Positions 1-12,643 of a stretch of 38,230 bases of DNA are shown here, piece by piece. The notes under the pieces are model-generated. The model was given only the letters and a program-made list of their open reading frames with translations, was not told the DNA's origin and searched no databases. Source of the DNA: Rhizaria sp. SCN 62-66 (Eukaryota); contig MEDY01000342.1 in assembly GCA_001724265.1 (NCBI GenBank), positions 1 through 38,230 on the forward strand. The letters are read 5' to 3'. Numbering within the stretch: the first letter of the stretch is position 1; every line of letters begins with the position of its first letter. The translations under genes were made by a program, and so were the position numbers.

Positions 1-864
1 GGCGGCCGCGGCCTCGGCGGCGGCAGCGGCGGTCGCGGCCGAGGCGGCGGTCACGGCGGCGGCCGCGGCAGTCGTGGCGGGGCTCGCGGCGGGGCCCGCG
101 GCGGCCGCGGAAGACGAGTTCTGCTTCCTACTTCGCTGCTGCTGCTGCAGCTGCTGTTGCTGTTGCTGCTGAGTCGTTGGAGCAGGCTTTGCGCTGACAG
201 CGGCGCTGGCGCGGGACTTGGGGGTCACAGCGGGGCGGCTAGCGGCCGCTTCGACGCTCGAAACATTGGCTGCGTTCGACATAGCGCCCACAGTCGAGGA
301 GCTATGGCTCTTAATATTGGCGTTGCTGCTGCTGCTGCTGCGGTTACTGCGGTTACTATGACCACTAGTTCGGTTGTTCGCTGCTAACTTAACGTTAATA
401 AAGGGCAGTTCGTCATCGCTGTCATTCGTAATAAAGCCGTGGGTTTTTGCCACCGTCGAGCTCGAGTTGCTGGTATCGTGATCGTCGTCGTTTTCAGAGT
501 CGGAGACAAACGGCTCGAAATCTTCGTCACCCTCGCTCAAATCAGACGCAAAAGACCCGCTGTCACTGCCGACGCTGCCCGCGCTGTCGGCGCCGTCGTC
601 GCCGCCGTCATCGCCGTCCCCGCGGCCGCGACTGTGGGAGCTGCGGCGGCGCTCCATGTAGGCGCTGTCACTGTACTCGGACTCGGACTCGGAGGCGTCG
701 CCCAGGCCGTCGGCGAGCACGGCGCTGTTAGAGGCGTGGAGGCCGGCGCCAAGCGGGGGAAATCCGGGCCCGTCGCCGGAGCATGGATTTGACATCGGAG
801 TGAGCCGCGAGGAGCGGGGCAAGGGTATAGAGTCGCAAGGGCGGGACGAGTCTTTTATCGGTGT
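1..864 (-). CDS. Hypothetical low-complexity (D/S/A/Q-rich) protein, partial; runs off the window's left edge
   Basis: Minus-strand frame read by hand is open from a pyrimidine-rich acceptor (ttttttaacccctcag, AG at 866-865) to base 1: TDKRLVPPLRLYTLAPLLAAHSDVKSMLRRRARISPLGAG...SESESEYSDSAYMERRRSSHSRGRGDGDDGGDD...QQQQQQQLQQQQRSRK...AAAAEAAA. In-frame ATG at 784-782. Codon style matches neighbouring genes. Absent from the ORF track because there is no stop inside the window; any upstream exon was not identified. Confidence 0.75.
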
Positions 865-1199
865 CTGAGGGGTTAAAAAAAGAGTGCTGGGGAGAGGAAA
901 GACAACAATTTTAAAAGTGCTAAATTAGATTAGTGATCAAAAGATGTATTGAAACCGTGTCAACTTATTTTCAGACTATTTGACGATCGAGATCTGAAGA
1001 TATAGACTGATTTCGATCGTCGTGGACTTCACCACATCAACGCGCGAAGCCTGCCACTGTCGGCCAGAGCAGCCCCAAAATTGCCACGTATGCGACTGCC
1101 AACTTGAAACAAAAGATACAATGCAAAAATTAGTGTGTATGTACTTTTAAAATCGTTAATCTATCTATAAACAACTATTTTGTGTCTCAAATCGTTCGT

Positions 1200-2908
1200 T
1201 TAGTTCTGCTGTTGCTGTTGCTGCGGCTGGAAGTGCTTGCGCAGCGCAGCAGCAAGCTCCTTGAGCCCGCGGACCCGCGTGCCTTGCTCGCTGAGCGCCT
1301 TGACGACCTCGGTCAGCGCCGCGCCGACGCCGCGCTCGCCCATCGCCAGGATCACCTCGTCGAGATCCTCGCCCGTGACCTGCATCTCATCGTTGTCATC
1401 ACCGTCGTTACCGTTGTTCTCACCACCCTTGCTGGTGTCGATGATGTCAATCTCCTGGATGACATCGACGACGGCAAGCCGCGACGCGTCAAGCCACTCG
1501 CCAACCAGCGCGGCCAGCCCCTGCGCCTCTGCGCCCGCGCCCGCGTCGGCGTCGCCGTTCGCGGCCTCCTGCGCCTGCTCCGGCTTGGAGCCGTCAGCGG
1601 GCTTGGCTGCCTGTGCTGCTGCCGCAGCAGTGGCGATGGCAGCGAGCCGCGCGCGCAGCCCGTCCTGGTTCTCGCCGACGAGCACCGCGACGGACCCGGC
1701 GGCCTCGGTGGCCGCGACGGCGATGCCGCGCAGCAGCAGCAGCGACAACGGCAGGGAGCTCCCCCCGGCGGTCAGGATGCCGTCCGCCTCGGCCTCCGTC
1801 GCGAGCGTCACGGAGGACTGCGTCGCGGACTGGGACAGCAGCGGCAGCAGCGCGGGCGCAAGCTGCTCCTGCAGGGCGGCGACGCCGGCGGTGACCTGTT
1901 CGCGGGCGTGCGCACGCGCGACGAACAGACTGAGTGCGTGCGGGTCCGTGAACATGAGGTTCGAATCGAAGGCGTTGAGCAGGTGCCGCCGCACCGTCTC
2001 CAGCGTCGCCGCAGACGGCGGGGCCGCCGCCTGCGTTTCCGGCGCGAGCGAGAGCTGCAGCGGCAGCCCATAGGCGTCCGTCTCCGTCTCTGCCTCAGGC
2101 GCCGCCGCGGCAGGCGCTGAGCCAGCGCCAGCATTGTCAGCGGGCTTGGCCGTGAGCGCCGCCGCCGCGGCCGCTGCGGCCGCCGCATCTGCAGTGATGG
2201 CCATGATGGCCTGGCGCAGCGCCTCGCGCTCCTCAGGCGTGCGGCACGCGTTGATCATCGATGCCACGTGACCCTGCGAGACCAGCGGGCTACTTACTTC
2301 GCCTAAGGGCGACGCCTGGCCGTCGCCCGCGGCGCCGCCGTCGGCGTGCGCGCCCGCGGCGGCGCTGGCGTCGGCGGCATCGCTGGCGGCGCCGTTGGCG
2401 TGCGTGCTCGAGAGGATCGTGGTGAAGAGCACGGAGCAGGCGGGCGAGTTGAGGAACGTCAACACGGCCGCCGAGTCCGGCGTCGTCGTCGTCCGGAAAG
2501 CCATCTCGGCCGCCTTGGCGACGTGGACGCCGGTAGTGACGGTGATGTTGTTGTCACTGGCAGCCTTGGCGTCGGCCTCAGCCTTCGCCTTGGCCTCAGC
2601 CTCGGCCTTGGCCTTAGCCTCAGCCTCAACCTTGGCGTCAGCGTCAGCCTTGGCCTTGGCTTCGGCCTCCGCTACCTTTGCGTCGGCTTCTGCTTTAGCC
2701 TCAGCATCAGCCTTGGCCTTAGCCTCGGCATCAGCCTTCGCTTTAGTCTCAGCCTCGGCGTCGGCCTTAGCCTTAGCCTCAGCATCAGCATCAGCTTTAG
2801 CCTTCGCTTCAGCATCAGCTTTACCCTTGGCCTCAGCATCAGCCTTTGCCTTCGCATCTGCCTCGGCTTGAGCCTTAGCCTTTGCTTCAACCTCAGCTGC
2901 AGCAGCGG

Positions 2909-2939
<31 letters not shown>

Positions 2940-5763
2940 CTCAGAGTCAGCCCTCGCCTTCGCCTCGGCCTCGGCCTTAGCTCTAGCTTCAGCCTCCTGC
3001 TGCTGCTGATTCTGCAACTGCTCCTGACTCTGCTGATGCTGCTGCTGCTGCTGCTGTTGTTGTTGCTGTGCGAGTGCAAGAGCCTGCTGCAGCCGCAACA
3101 CCTCTTGCTCGAGCCCCTTGACCTTGCCGTCCTTCTCTTGGTCTTGCTTCCGCAGCGCGGCCGCCTCCGCCGCTGCCGCCTCAGCCATCGCGGCCGCCGC
3201 AGCCGCCGCGGCTTCTGCCTTGGCCTTGGCCTCAGCCTCGGCCGCAGCGGCACGCCTGGCCTTCTCGGCCTCCGCCTCCAGCTGCCGCAGCCGCTCGTTG
3301 TCGACCTTGGCAGCAGCAGCGCTGTCGGTGCTGTTACTCTTGTCGTAAGCGCCACTGGGGGACGAAGAGAGGCGCGCAGTCTTGATCTTTTCCTCCGCCT
3401 CGGCGACGATGGCCTGCTTCTCGGTCTCCCACTGCTGCCGGTGCTGCTCGCGTTCGCGCTCCTGCTCACGTTCTTGCTCGCGCTTGGCCGCCGCGACGGC
3501 CGCCGCGACGGCCGTGGCCAGCTGCTGCTGCTGCTCGCGCTCCTGCTGCTGCTGATGCGCGGCGACCTCGGCGGGAGAGCGGATTTTGACGGAGCCGTCC
3601 TGGGCGATGCCGTTGCCAAACGTGGTGGTAAGGTCGCCCGTGTCGAAGACCTGAACGCCCTTGAGGCGCGCCTGCTCGAGGCTGGGCGGCCGGACCAGCG
3701 GGTGAGGGTGTGGGTGGGGATAGTGCAGGCAGACATTGACGGCGGCCACCAGGTCCGCGAACGAGGCGAAGCGGTAGTTCTGCGAGTTGAGCACGCGCAG
3801 CATGTAGAGCGTGCACGAGGCGTCGCCGTCGCCGGCCGTAACCAGCTCGTCGAAGCCGGACTTGGTAACGGTGATGGGCTCCGGAGAGTCGAGGAACAAG
3901 TAGCACCGCGGCGACGTCAGGAAGTCCATCAGTTCGTGTTCATCAGCGACCGTTGCGCCCACCAGCCCGGCCGCCGCGCGCTGCCGCTGCTTGCCGCTGG
4001 CCTGCGCGCCCGTGCGGAGCAGCGCAGAGCCCGCGGCGGCGGCCTCGTCCTCGTCCTCGGCCGCCTTGCGCGCGCGCCGTCGCTGTGCGATTTGCGCCTT
4101 CTGCAGCCGCACCTGCCGGTCCAGGTAGCCGCTGCGGGCTGCCGCGGCGTCGGCGCGCAGCGCGAGCGCCATCTCGTGCAGCACGGGCAGGATCTGCGAG
4201 AAGGACGTGAACCGCTCGCCCGCGAGGTCGAGCCGTGAGAGGCAGAAGATGGCCGAGTCAACGGGGTCGGGACGCAGCGCCGCGGCCTGCTGCTGCTGTT
4301 GTTGCTGCGCGTGGTGGTGCGAGCCGCCCAGGGGGCGCGAGCGCGGCTGCTGCTGCTGCTGCTGTTGCTGCTGCTTGTATGCAGACTGTGAATGGGTGAG
4401 GTCCGCAATAGAAGCTTGGGGGGACGGCATCGTCGCGCCTATAAAGGTTTGAAAAATTAGATTTAAAAAAGTGAGAAATTATATTATAGTATGGGTATCG
4501 GGAGATAAAATTGGAATGATAGAGTGAATGATTTGAAAGATAGTCTGAATTTCAGTGCTTCTAAATTATACGTACCAGGTGCAGGGGAAGCGGGCGACGA
4601 CAAGGGGCCCTTGCTGCCGCAGCTGTTGCACGAAGCGTTCGCTGCTGTCGGCGAGTTCAAATTCGTGGTCGACGTCGACGTCGAGTGACCGTGAGCGCAG
4701 CTACAACCGCTGCCGCTGCTGTTGATGTTGGTGCTAGAGCCAGATGACTGGAGCAAAGCAGTGTGACTGTTGTTCCGACTGTGTGGCTGCTGTTGCTGCT
4801 GCTGCTGTTGCTGCTGTTGCATGCCGGGCAGCAGCCAGTCAGTGGGGTGCAGCGGCGCGGCGCCTGCGGGCTTCGCAGTGCCGCTCGAGCCGCTCTCGCC
4901 ACTGCTCGCGCTCGACCCGCCGTCAGCGCCCTCCGTCGCCGTCGCCGTCGCGGCTCCGTTCGCGTCGGTCTCCGCAGCCGCCGCAGCAGAGGTAGGCTCG
5001 GCGTTGGCACTAGCGTTGCCGCTGTTAGCGCCGGCGTTGGCGTTGCCGCCGCCGTAGTCGGCCGACTCGGCGAGCGCGGGCCCGTCGCCCGTGAGCGTGA
5101 TGCTCGTCACCTGCTCGCTCGTTACCTCGTACGGAAAGTAAGCCGCGCCGCCGGGCCCGCGCAGGATGCCGCCGGAGCACAGCGCGATCACGTTGTCCAG
5201 CTCGTACAGCGTCGCCGTCGTCGCGCCGGCCCGGTTGCCGAGACCGCCGGTCGCGCTAAACCTGCCCGTGCCGCTGTTGCCGTGGGCGGCGTGACTGCCT
5301 GGGGTGAAGAGGCGGCACTGCGCTGAGCGAAGGTAGGCCAGCAACTTGACGCGCCGGCGCGAGCTCTCTTGCTCGCGCGCCTGTGCCACCAGTGGGATCA
5401 GCTGCCCGAACGAAGTCAGCTTCCCGCTCGAACTGCCACCGGCACCGGCGCCCGCTGCGCCGCCGCCCTTCTTGGCGCCACCGCTGCCCACCGTGCCGGA
5501 ACGGGATTTGTCGCTGCCGCCTGCAGCCGCCCCCGCGCCGCCCGCGCCCGCCGCGCCGTTGCTGCCGCTGCTGCTGCTGCTGCCGCTGCTGCGGGTGCTG
5601 GCGATGATGTCGACGAGCGCGATGGCGTCGGCCGCGGTCCCGCCCGCCTCGGCGATGAGGCTGTCGATCGCGCCGGGGCTGGCCGTGATGCCCTCGTCCG
5701 TCTCGGCGAACAGCACTGCCAGCAGCCGCGGCGACGCCGCGAAGTGCGCCAGCACCGCCGACC

Positions 5764-5798
<35 letters not shown>

Positions 5799-6879
5799 GG
5801 CCCGCCGCCGCCGCCACCGCCGCCGGCGCCGGAGCCAGGCGCGTTGCTGTTAGCGTAGGCCTGCGTCAACGAGAGCGGCAGCGCGGGCGTCGTGCGGCAC
5901 GGCGGGCGCGGCGGCGCGGGCGGCAGCACGCGCGCTGGCTGTCGTGGTGTACGCCGAGTGCGAGCTGTTGGGCGGCGGCAACAGCGGCGGCGGCGGCAGC
6001 GCGCCGCGCGGAATCGGCGCCGCGGGCAAGATGCCGGTGTACGTGCCTGACGCGCTGTAAGGGCCTCCCTGCTTAGCCCCGCCGCCACGAGCGCTGCCGT
6101 TGCCGCCGTTTGTGGCGAGAAAGGCCGAGAGCCTGGCCGAGACAAGCGACGAGGTGTGCGCCGCGAAGCTGTCGCCCTTGCCGCCGCCACTGCCACCGGC
6201 GCCCGAGGTACCCGTGGGACCCAGGGAGCCGGAAGCGGACATGTGGGCGGCGGTGCGCGCAGCGGCGGCCGAGGGGTAAACCATCGGCAGCACCACGTTG
6301 CCGGTGTCGTTGGAGCCGCCGGAGCCCGCGCCCTTTCCCCCGCCGTTGTTGTTGTTGTTGTTGCTGCTGGAGACGAGCGCGTCGATGAGCTCGGCCCAAG
6401 TCTGGAAGCGCTGCCCGTAGTCGCTCATGCCGCGCAGCAAGTCCACAGCGTGCAGCGGCGACGGCAGCGTGGCCACCAGCGCCGCGGCCGACGAGGCGCG
6501 GATGCGGATCGGCGCCGTCGCCTCGGCGAAGAGCAGGCACGCAGGCGAGGACAGGTAGGCCAGCACGCGTGCGTGTGCGCCTGCGCGCTGCTCGGCAGAC
6601 AGCGCGGCGTAGGCGGGTGTGCAGGGCGTGCCGCCGCTGGAGCTGCTCAGGCCGCCGCCGTAGCCGTTGTTGGTGTAGGAGTTGTAACCGTTGCCGTAGC
6701 CGTTGCCGTAGCCGTCGCTGTAGTAGCCGGTGCTGTCGTTAATGGCTTCGCCGTAGGGTCTGCCGCCGCTGCGGTCGGCATCGTAGTAGCCGTTGCCGTC
6801 GCCGTCGCCGTCGTAGTGCTGCTGGCCCTGTCGATACTGCTGCATGTCGGGGTCGTAGTCCTGCTGCTCCCACTCCCGC

Positions 6880-6910
<31 letters not shown>

Positions 6911-7133
6911 CCCGCTGCTGCTGCTCGAGCTGCTTCGCCGCGCCGGGGGCTGCGACGGGCGCGATGGGGAAGAAGACGCGGCCGGCGGGCATGAACATCG
7001 GCCGGTCGTTCATCGACGGCGGCGGGTGCGCGCGCGACGCAGGAACGCGGTTGTGGAAGCTCACTTTGCCGGTCTGCGAGTCGTGGGAAGGATCCGCGCG
7101 GGGCCGGGAGGAGTAGGGAGCCGAGGATGCCAT
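1200..7133 (-). CDS. Large (~1900 aa) hypothetical protein with 5-7 copies of a ~65-aa repeat module and an EAKAKAD-rich helical stalk
   Basis: Joins three track ORFs: 7133..5850, 6196..4484 and 4430..1200. GT-AG intron 4575..4439 restores frame (PAP-G-ATMPSP). A +1 frame change near 5860-5935 is needed between the first two ORFs (indel or 40-nt intron). The same repeat module occurs in all three segments, which supports a single gene. ATG at 7133, TAA at 1202-1200. Confidence 0.75.
2562..2997 (-). repeat. Imperfect coding tandem repeat (~24-bp units) encoding (AEAKAKAD)n
   Basis: Translation EAEARAKAEAEAKARAD...AKAKADAEAKGKADAEAKAKADADAEAKAKAD...; the plus strand shows recurring gccttagcctcagcatca variants. 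Confidence 0.85.
4439..4575 (-). other. Spliceosomal intron, 137 nt, phase 1
   Basis: G|GTACGT donor, ctttatAG|GC acceptor, AT-rich; removal joins two long ORFs in frame. Confidence 0.9.
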
Positions 7134-7817
7134 CGTGCTCGCTCGGGCTGTAACGCGCTTAGTCCCGTTGGTTACGAGTCACGATGAAAGAATCTCGGGA
7201 TAAAACCAACGCGCTCTGGTAGAACACTGTTAGATATATTCGTGTGCAAAGCCAGAGTTCAGCCGACTCAAGTTTAAGTGCACTAGAAAGAGCGATAAGT
7301 GGAAGGGGACACAAGAAAGCAAGCGTGGAAAACGTGAGAATGAAAAGAGAAAGCAATAATAGAAGAAAGAAGACTTGTGGAATGCAAAAAGATGACCTAA
7401 GAAAACGCATTACGCTTTGCCTATATTAGACCAAAACAGTCAACTTAACAGCAGGATAAGACTAAACCAGAGACGTTACTAGAGTAGAGCAGCCGACAGA
7501 CTCGTCGCCATACACTCTGTGTTCTCTTCGTTGTTGGACGACAAGCTGGTTCAAAGTTTTGTGAAGAAAACCAATAGCGTGGGTCTAACACTTGCTATGT
7601 GAATTTTATTTAAAATTCAGATATTTTCATAACATATTCATTTGTATCGTACTATTATGTTCCTCTCTAACGGACTTCCTGTACTCATCCCGCCTATTTT
7701 CGTTTGGGCCAACCGTTTTCGCCCCTAGTCTCCTCTCTCCGTTCTTTCCTTTCTACCAGGCGCCAAGACTAGACGCAGCGTCTTTGCTTCTACGTGCGGG
7801 ACTCTCGCTTATTGCTG
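7134..7817. promoter_or_regulatory. Head-to-head intergenic region (putative bidirectional promoter and 5' UTRs)
   Basis: AT-rich 684 bp between divergent ATGs at 7133(-) and 7818(+). Pyrimidine tracts on each gene's sense strand (e.g. ttctttcctttctaccag ending at 7759) may mark UTR introns. Confidence 0.5.
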
Positions 7818-9007
7818 ATGAGCGTTCCCGTTGCGTTTGCAGGCCCTGGTCCCGCCGCCCCGGGTGGCAGCGGTAGCGGCAGCGACAACAACAACAGCTA
7901 CGGCTACGGCAACAGCTCGAGAGTCTTCCCTTCCGCCTTCTCCGCTGGCTCCCCCGACGCCAACTACGCAAGTGCATCACACCTCCAGCAGCAACAACAA
8001 CCGCTTCCTCTACCGCTGCCCTTGCCTGCCGGCCTTCACAGCTCTGGCGGCAGCGGCGGCAGCGGCGGCAGCGGCCACAGCGCCAACGGTCCCCCCGTGG
8101 CTGCGGCTCAGACGGGCGCGGGCGCTGCGGTGCCGGTCGCAGCCCTCGGGCTGGGCGTCGGCGGCGCCGTGGGCGGGCGCGACACGCCATCGATGTTCAT
8201 GTCTAACTCGCCCCTGTCGGTCGACATGGGGGCCGTTTTCTCGGTCCCGGCGCCGCAAACGCCGCTTTCGTTCATGGGCAACCCCCACAACAACAGCAGC
8301 GCCTACAACGCCAACAACGTCAACGCTACCGCGAATGTGGGCAACAACGCGGGTCAGAAACCTGTGCCCTTGCCTCCGCAGACCACGAGCAGTTCCAGCT
8401 CTAACAACTCCGCCAGCTCCGGCCACCTGACTGCCGCAGCGCCGCTGCCGTTCCCGCTGCCCCTGGTCCCCGCACCCGCCGTGGGTACCGCTGCGGCCGC
8501 CTCCTCGGGCGCGGGCGGCGCCGGCAGCAGAGCTGCTACCCCCGGCGCGCCCCCCACGGCCCACGGCCAGTCTACGCCCGCAGGCCACGGCCAGGCGACC
8601 CACGGCCAAGCGACCCCTGGGCACAGCTACATGGGCACGCCCGCGCTGAGCCACGTCGCGACGCCCGCGCACAGCCACCTCGCGGCGGCGGCGCACGGCT
8701 ACCTGCTGCTCGCCACGCCCGGCCCTAGCCCCAGCCTTGGCCCGCGGGCGCCGCACGCCGTCGTGCCGTCCGCGTCATCGTCCTCGATGCTGCCGCCGAA
8801 CGCCCACACCGCCGCGGGGGCGACGACCCAGACCCAGGCGCAAGCTCAGCCGCAGGCGCAGTCATTGTCGCAGAGGCTGCAGCAGCAACAGCAGCAGCAG
8901 CAGCAGATGAGACAGGCCCAGCCGCCGCAGCAGCACCAGTCGTCGGCGTTCACGTTTGGACTGCTGCAATCGCCGTCGCAATCGCAAATTTTGCAGCCGC
9001 AGCAAGC

Positions 9008-9040
<33 letters not shown>

Positions 9041-9158
9041 GCCGCAGCAGCACACGGTCACTTCCAGTGCCAGCGCCAGCGCGATTGCAAGGGCGTCGTC
9101 GCTAATTCCGTCACAGTCGCAGTCTGGGCTGCAGCTGCAACAGCAGCAGCAACAGCAA

Positions 9159-9192
<34 letters not shown>

Positions 9193-9491
9193 CGGGTACT
9201 ATTGCCGCTCAGGCAATGCATAATGACAGTTACAATGCCAACACCACTGTTTTTGCTGCTGCCAACGCCGGCGGGTACGATGCTTGGGTCAGCAACGCTC
9301 TGGGTGTGTCCGAGCACAACATCAGCGGCTTCGTCGACAACGTCGTCGCCGTTGACGCCAATGGCGGCGACAGCCCCAGTTTGAAGCCGACGCAGTCGCC
9401 GTCACAATCACAAATTCGGAAAAGTCTTCAGCAGCAACATCAGCAGCAGCAGCAACAACAACAACAACAACAACAGGCACAAGCCCATGCT

Positions 9492-9525
<34 letters not shown>

Positions 9526-9624
9526 CTGAGGCGCAAGCGTGGACTCAGGCTGAGGTACAGGCGCACGCTCAAGCCCATGCGCAGCTACAGCTGCAGCAAG
9601 CGCAGGCGCAGACGCAGGCACTGC

Positions 9625-9688
<64 letters not shown>

Positions 9689-9968
9689 GCAGCAGGATCA
9701 GGCTCAGGCCCAAGCTGCTGCAGATGCTGAGGCCAAAGCGGCAGCTGCAGCAGCAGCGACTGGGCCGGCGACTGCGGCTGCGAATGGGAGTGGTAGTAAC
9801 GTGTACGTGATGTCGTCGTTCGCGACCGCGCCCACGGCAGTGGCGACCGGCGAGACGACGTCCAGCGTCAGCGGCCTCAGCGACAACTTCCACCACCCCC
9901 AGCAGCATCAGCAGCATCAGCATCACAATAACAACGGTGACAGCCAGAGCCTCGCCAGTCACAACGGC

Positions 9969-10002
<34 letters not shown>

Positions 10003-12612
10003 TGTTGATGATGATGCAGCAACAGCAATACCATATGTACATGCAGCAGCAACAACAGCAGCAACAGCAGCAGATGCAGTTGCATCCGCAGCAGCAGCTC
10101 GAGCAGCAGCTGCTGTTTCTGCAGCAGCAAGAAGCCAGTCTGCAGCAGCAACTGCAGCTCGAGCAACAGCAACAGCAGCAGCAGCAGCAGCTCTTGGAGC
10201 AGCAACAGCAGCAGCAGCAACGCCTGCTGCTCGAGCAGCAGCACCAGCAGCTGCAGTTCCAGCTGCAGCTCGAGCAGGAGCAAAGGCAGCTGCAGCAGGA
10301 CGAGCTGCTCGCGCAGCAAATGCAGCAGCAGCAGCAGCAGCAGCAGCAACTACTGGCGCTGCAGCAGCAAGAGCAGCAGTTGCTTCAGCAACAGCAGATG
10401 TTGCAGCAGCAGCAAGAGCTTGAGCAACAGCAACTCGCTGCTGCTGCCGCCGCCGCCGCCACTGCCACTGCGGTGAACGCTGCTGCTGCAACCGTTGCTG
10501 CCGTGAACGCTGACTCTGGGGCAAGCGCCGACAACAACAACAACAACAACAACAATGTGAACACTGCTGATGCCCAGACCCCCGAGACTGCTGGTGCTGT
10601 CGATGTTGGCGCGAGTGACCGTGAGCAGCTGCAGCAGCAGCAGCGCCTGCAGATGCTGCTTCAGCAGCAGCAAGAGCAGCAACGTCTGCTTCAACAGCTC
10701 CAGCTGCAGCAGATGCAACAAGAACAGCTACAGCAGCAAGAGGCTCCGGCCCAACCGCATGCCCAGGCCCAGTTGCAGCCTCAGTCTGAGGGCGAGAGTC
10801 AAGAACGGCAGCAACAGACTGAGCTGTCTCAGCCCCAGCCGGAGCCGCAGCACCAGCACCAGCACCAGCACCAGCACCAGCACCAGCACCAGCAGCAATC
10901 GCCACATCAGCCCGAGCCGGTGCCTGAGCAGGCGCATCAGCCTGAGCAGCAGTCTCAACAGCAGGCTGAACAGCAGGCGGAGCCGCCGCGCCGCCGCTTC
11001 CAGCGCCCGTCTGACACGAAGCCGCATCACATGCGCTCACGGGCGAATCAGCAGCCGCAGCAGCAGCAGCAGCAGCAGTATGGCGGGTGCAACGCGGTGG
11101 TGGACGACGGGTATTACAACAACAATAACAACATCGTCGCCTACACCGGCGCTGCTGGTTCTCCCGTCGCGATCATGGGCAGCAACGCAGGCAAGTACAA
11201 CAACCACAACACCGCGAATCACTACCACGGCAACCAGAGCCAGATCGTGGGCTCGACGGTTGGCGCCGGCGCCGGCGACATTGATACGGACAACACCAAC
11301 AACTACTACAATGCTGACGACGACAACAACACGTTCAACGGCAACGACAACGACGCCAACAGCCACGGCCACGGCCGCTTCGTTGGCAACTCCCATGCCG
11401 CGACTCCTGGCTTCGGCGACGAGATAGGTGGCGGAGACGAAGATAAACCGCGTGGCGACAAAGCTAAGCTGCCGAACGCGAAGCTGCGTCCCAAGACGGC
11501 CACGACGCACGCTACTGCTCCGAGCAACAACAACAACAACGTCAACAACAGCAACTTGGGCTTTGGCAACGCTGCGCCTAGTCCGAGCATTGCTTTCGCT
11601 GCAGCGAGCGCTGCTGCTGTCGCCCTCAGCGCTGGCGCAGGCAATGGGGCCGGTGGCAGTGGCAGTGGCAACGGCGATGGCAATGGCAACTTTAGCAATG
11701 CTAGTGACATGAACAACTACTTGGGCTACTTTGGCGACCACGGCCTGCCTTCGCACCTGCGCCACAGTAGTAACGAGGCGGGGGCTGTCGCCGATAATGA
11801 CGACGCGGGGGACGACCAGCCGCAGACGCCGGCCGTGGCTGCCGAGGACAACACCTACGCCAACAACCACAACTACAACAACGGCAACGCGAGTCAGTAC
11901 ACCTACTACAACAATAACAACGTCGGCGGCGGCGACGACGATGACATGTACGCCAACAACTACAACACGGGCCACGATATCGACGACGACTACGTGGCGA
12001 GACGCGTCAACGACGACGACCTCGACGACTACGACGACGACGGCTACAACGACGAAGACGCCGCTGCCGCGGCCGCTGGCGGAGTGAGCCGCAAGGAGGC
12101 GCGCCGCGCCCGCCGCGCCGCCGCCGCGCTGGCGCTGCTGCGCGACACGGCGCCGGCCTCGCTCTTCAAGAACACCGACAGCAACGGCGACGGCGACCTG
12201 GACCTCGACTACGCGGGCGGCAACGGCGTCACCGTTGGCTACAACGCGCTTGACGTTAGCGACCGCGAGGATGCGCTCACGCTGCCCGTCGCGCCGCATA
12301 CCGTGCGCGATGACGGCGATGACGGCAGTATTCGTGGCAATGTCGATGCTGATGCTCATGCTGGCAACAACAGCGCTGACGCTGGCGCCGGCGCCGCTGA
12401 CGCTGCTGCTCTGAACAGCGATGCCAACGGCCCCGTGGGCGTGGGTCCTGGCGCGGCTGCCGCGGACGATAAGGGCGCGGACGACCTCAGCGGCGACCTG
12501 GCGTGGCTGGCCGCGCTCGAGCCCCCCAAGACTCCCTGGGACCAGGTACAGCAGGAGGCGCGGGAGGAGCAGCGGCGGCGGGAGCTAGAGCTGCAGCAGC
12601 AGCAGGAGCTCG

Positions 12613-12643
<31 letters not shown>

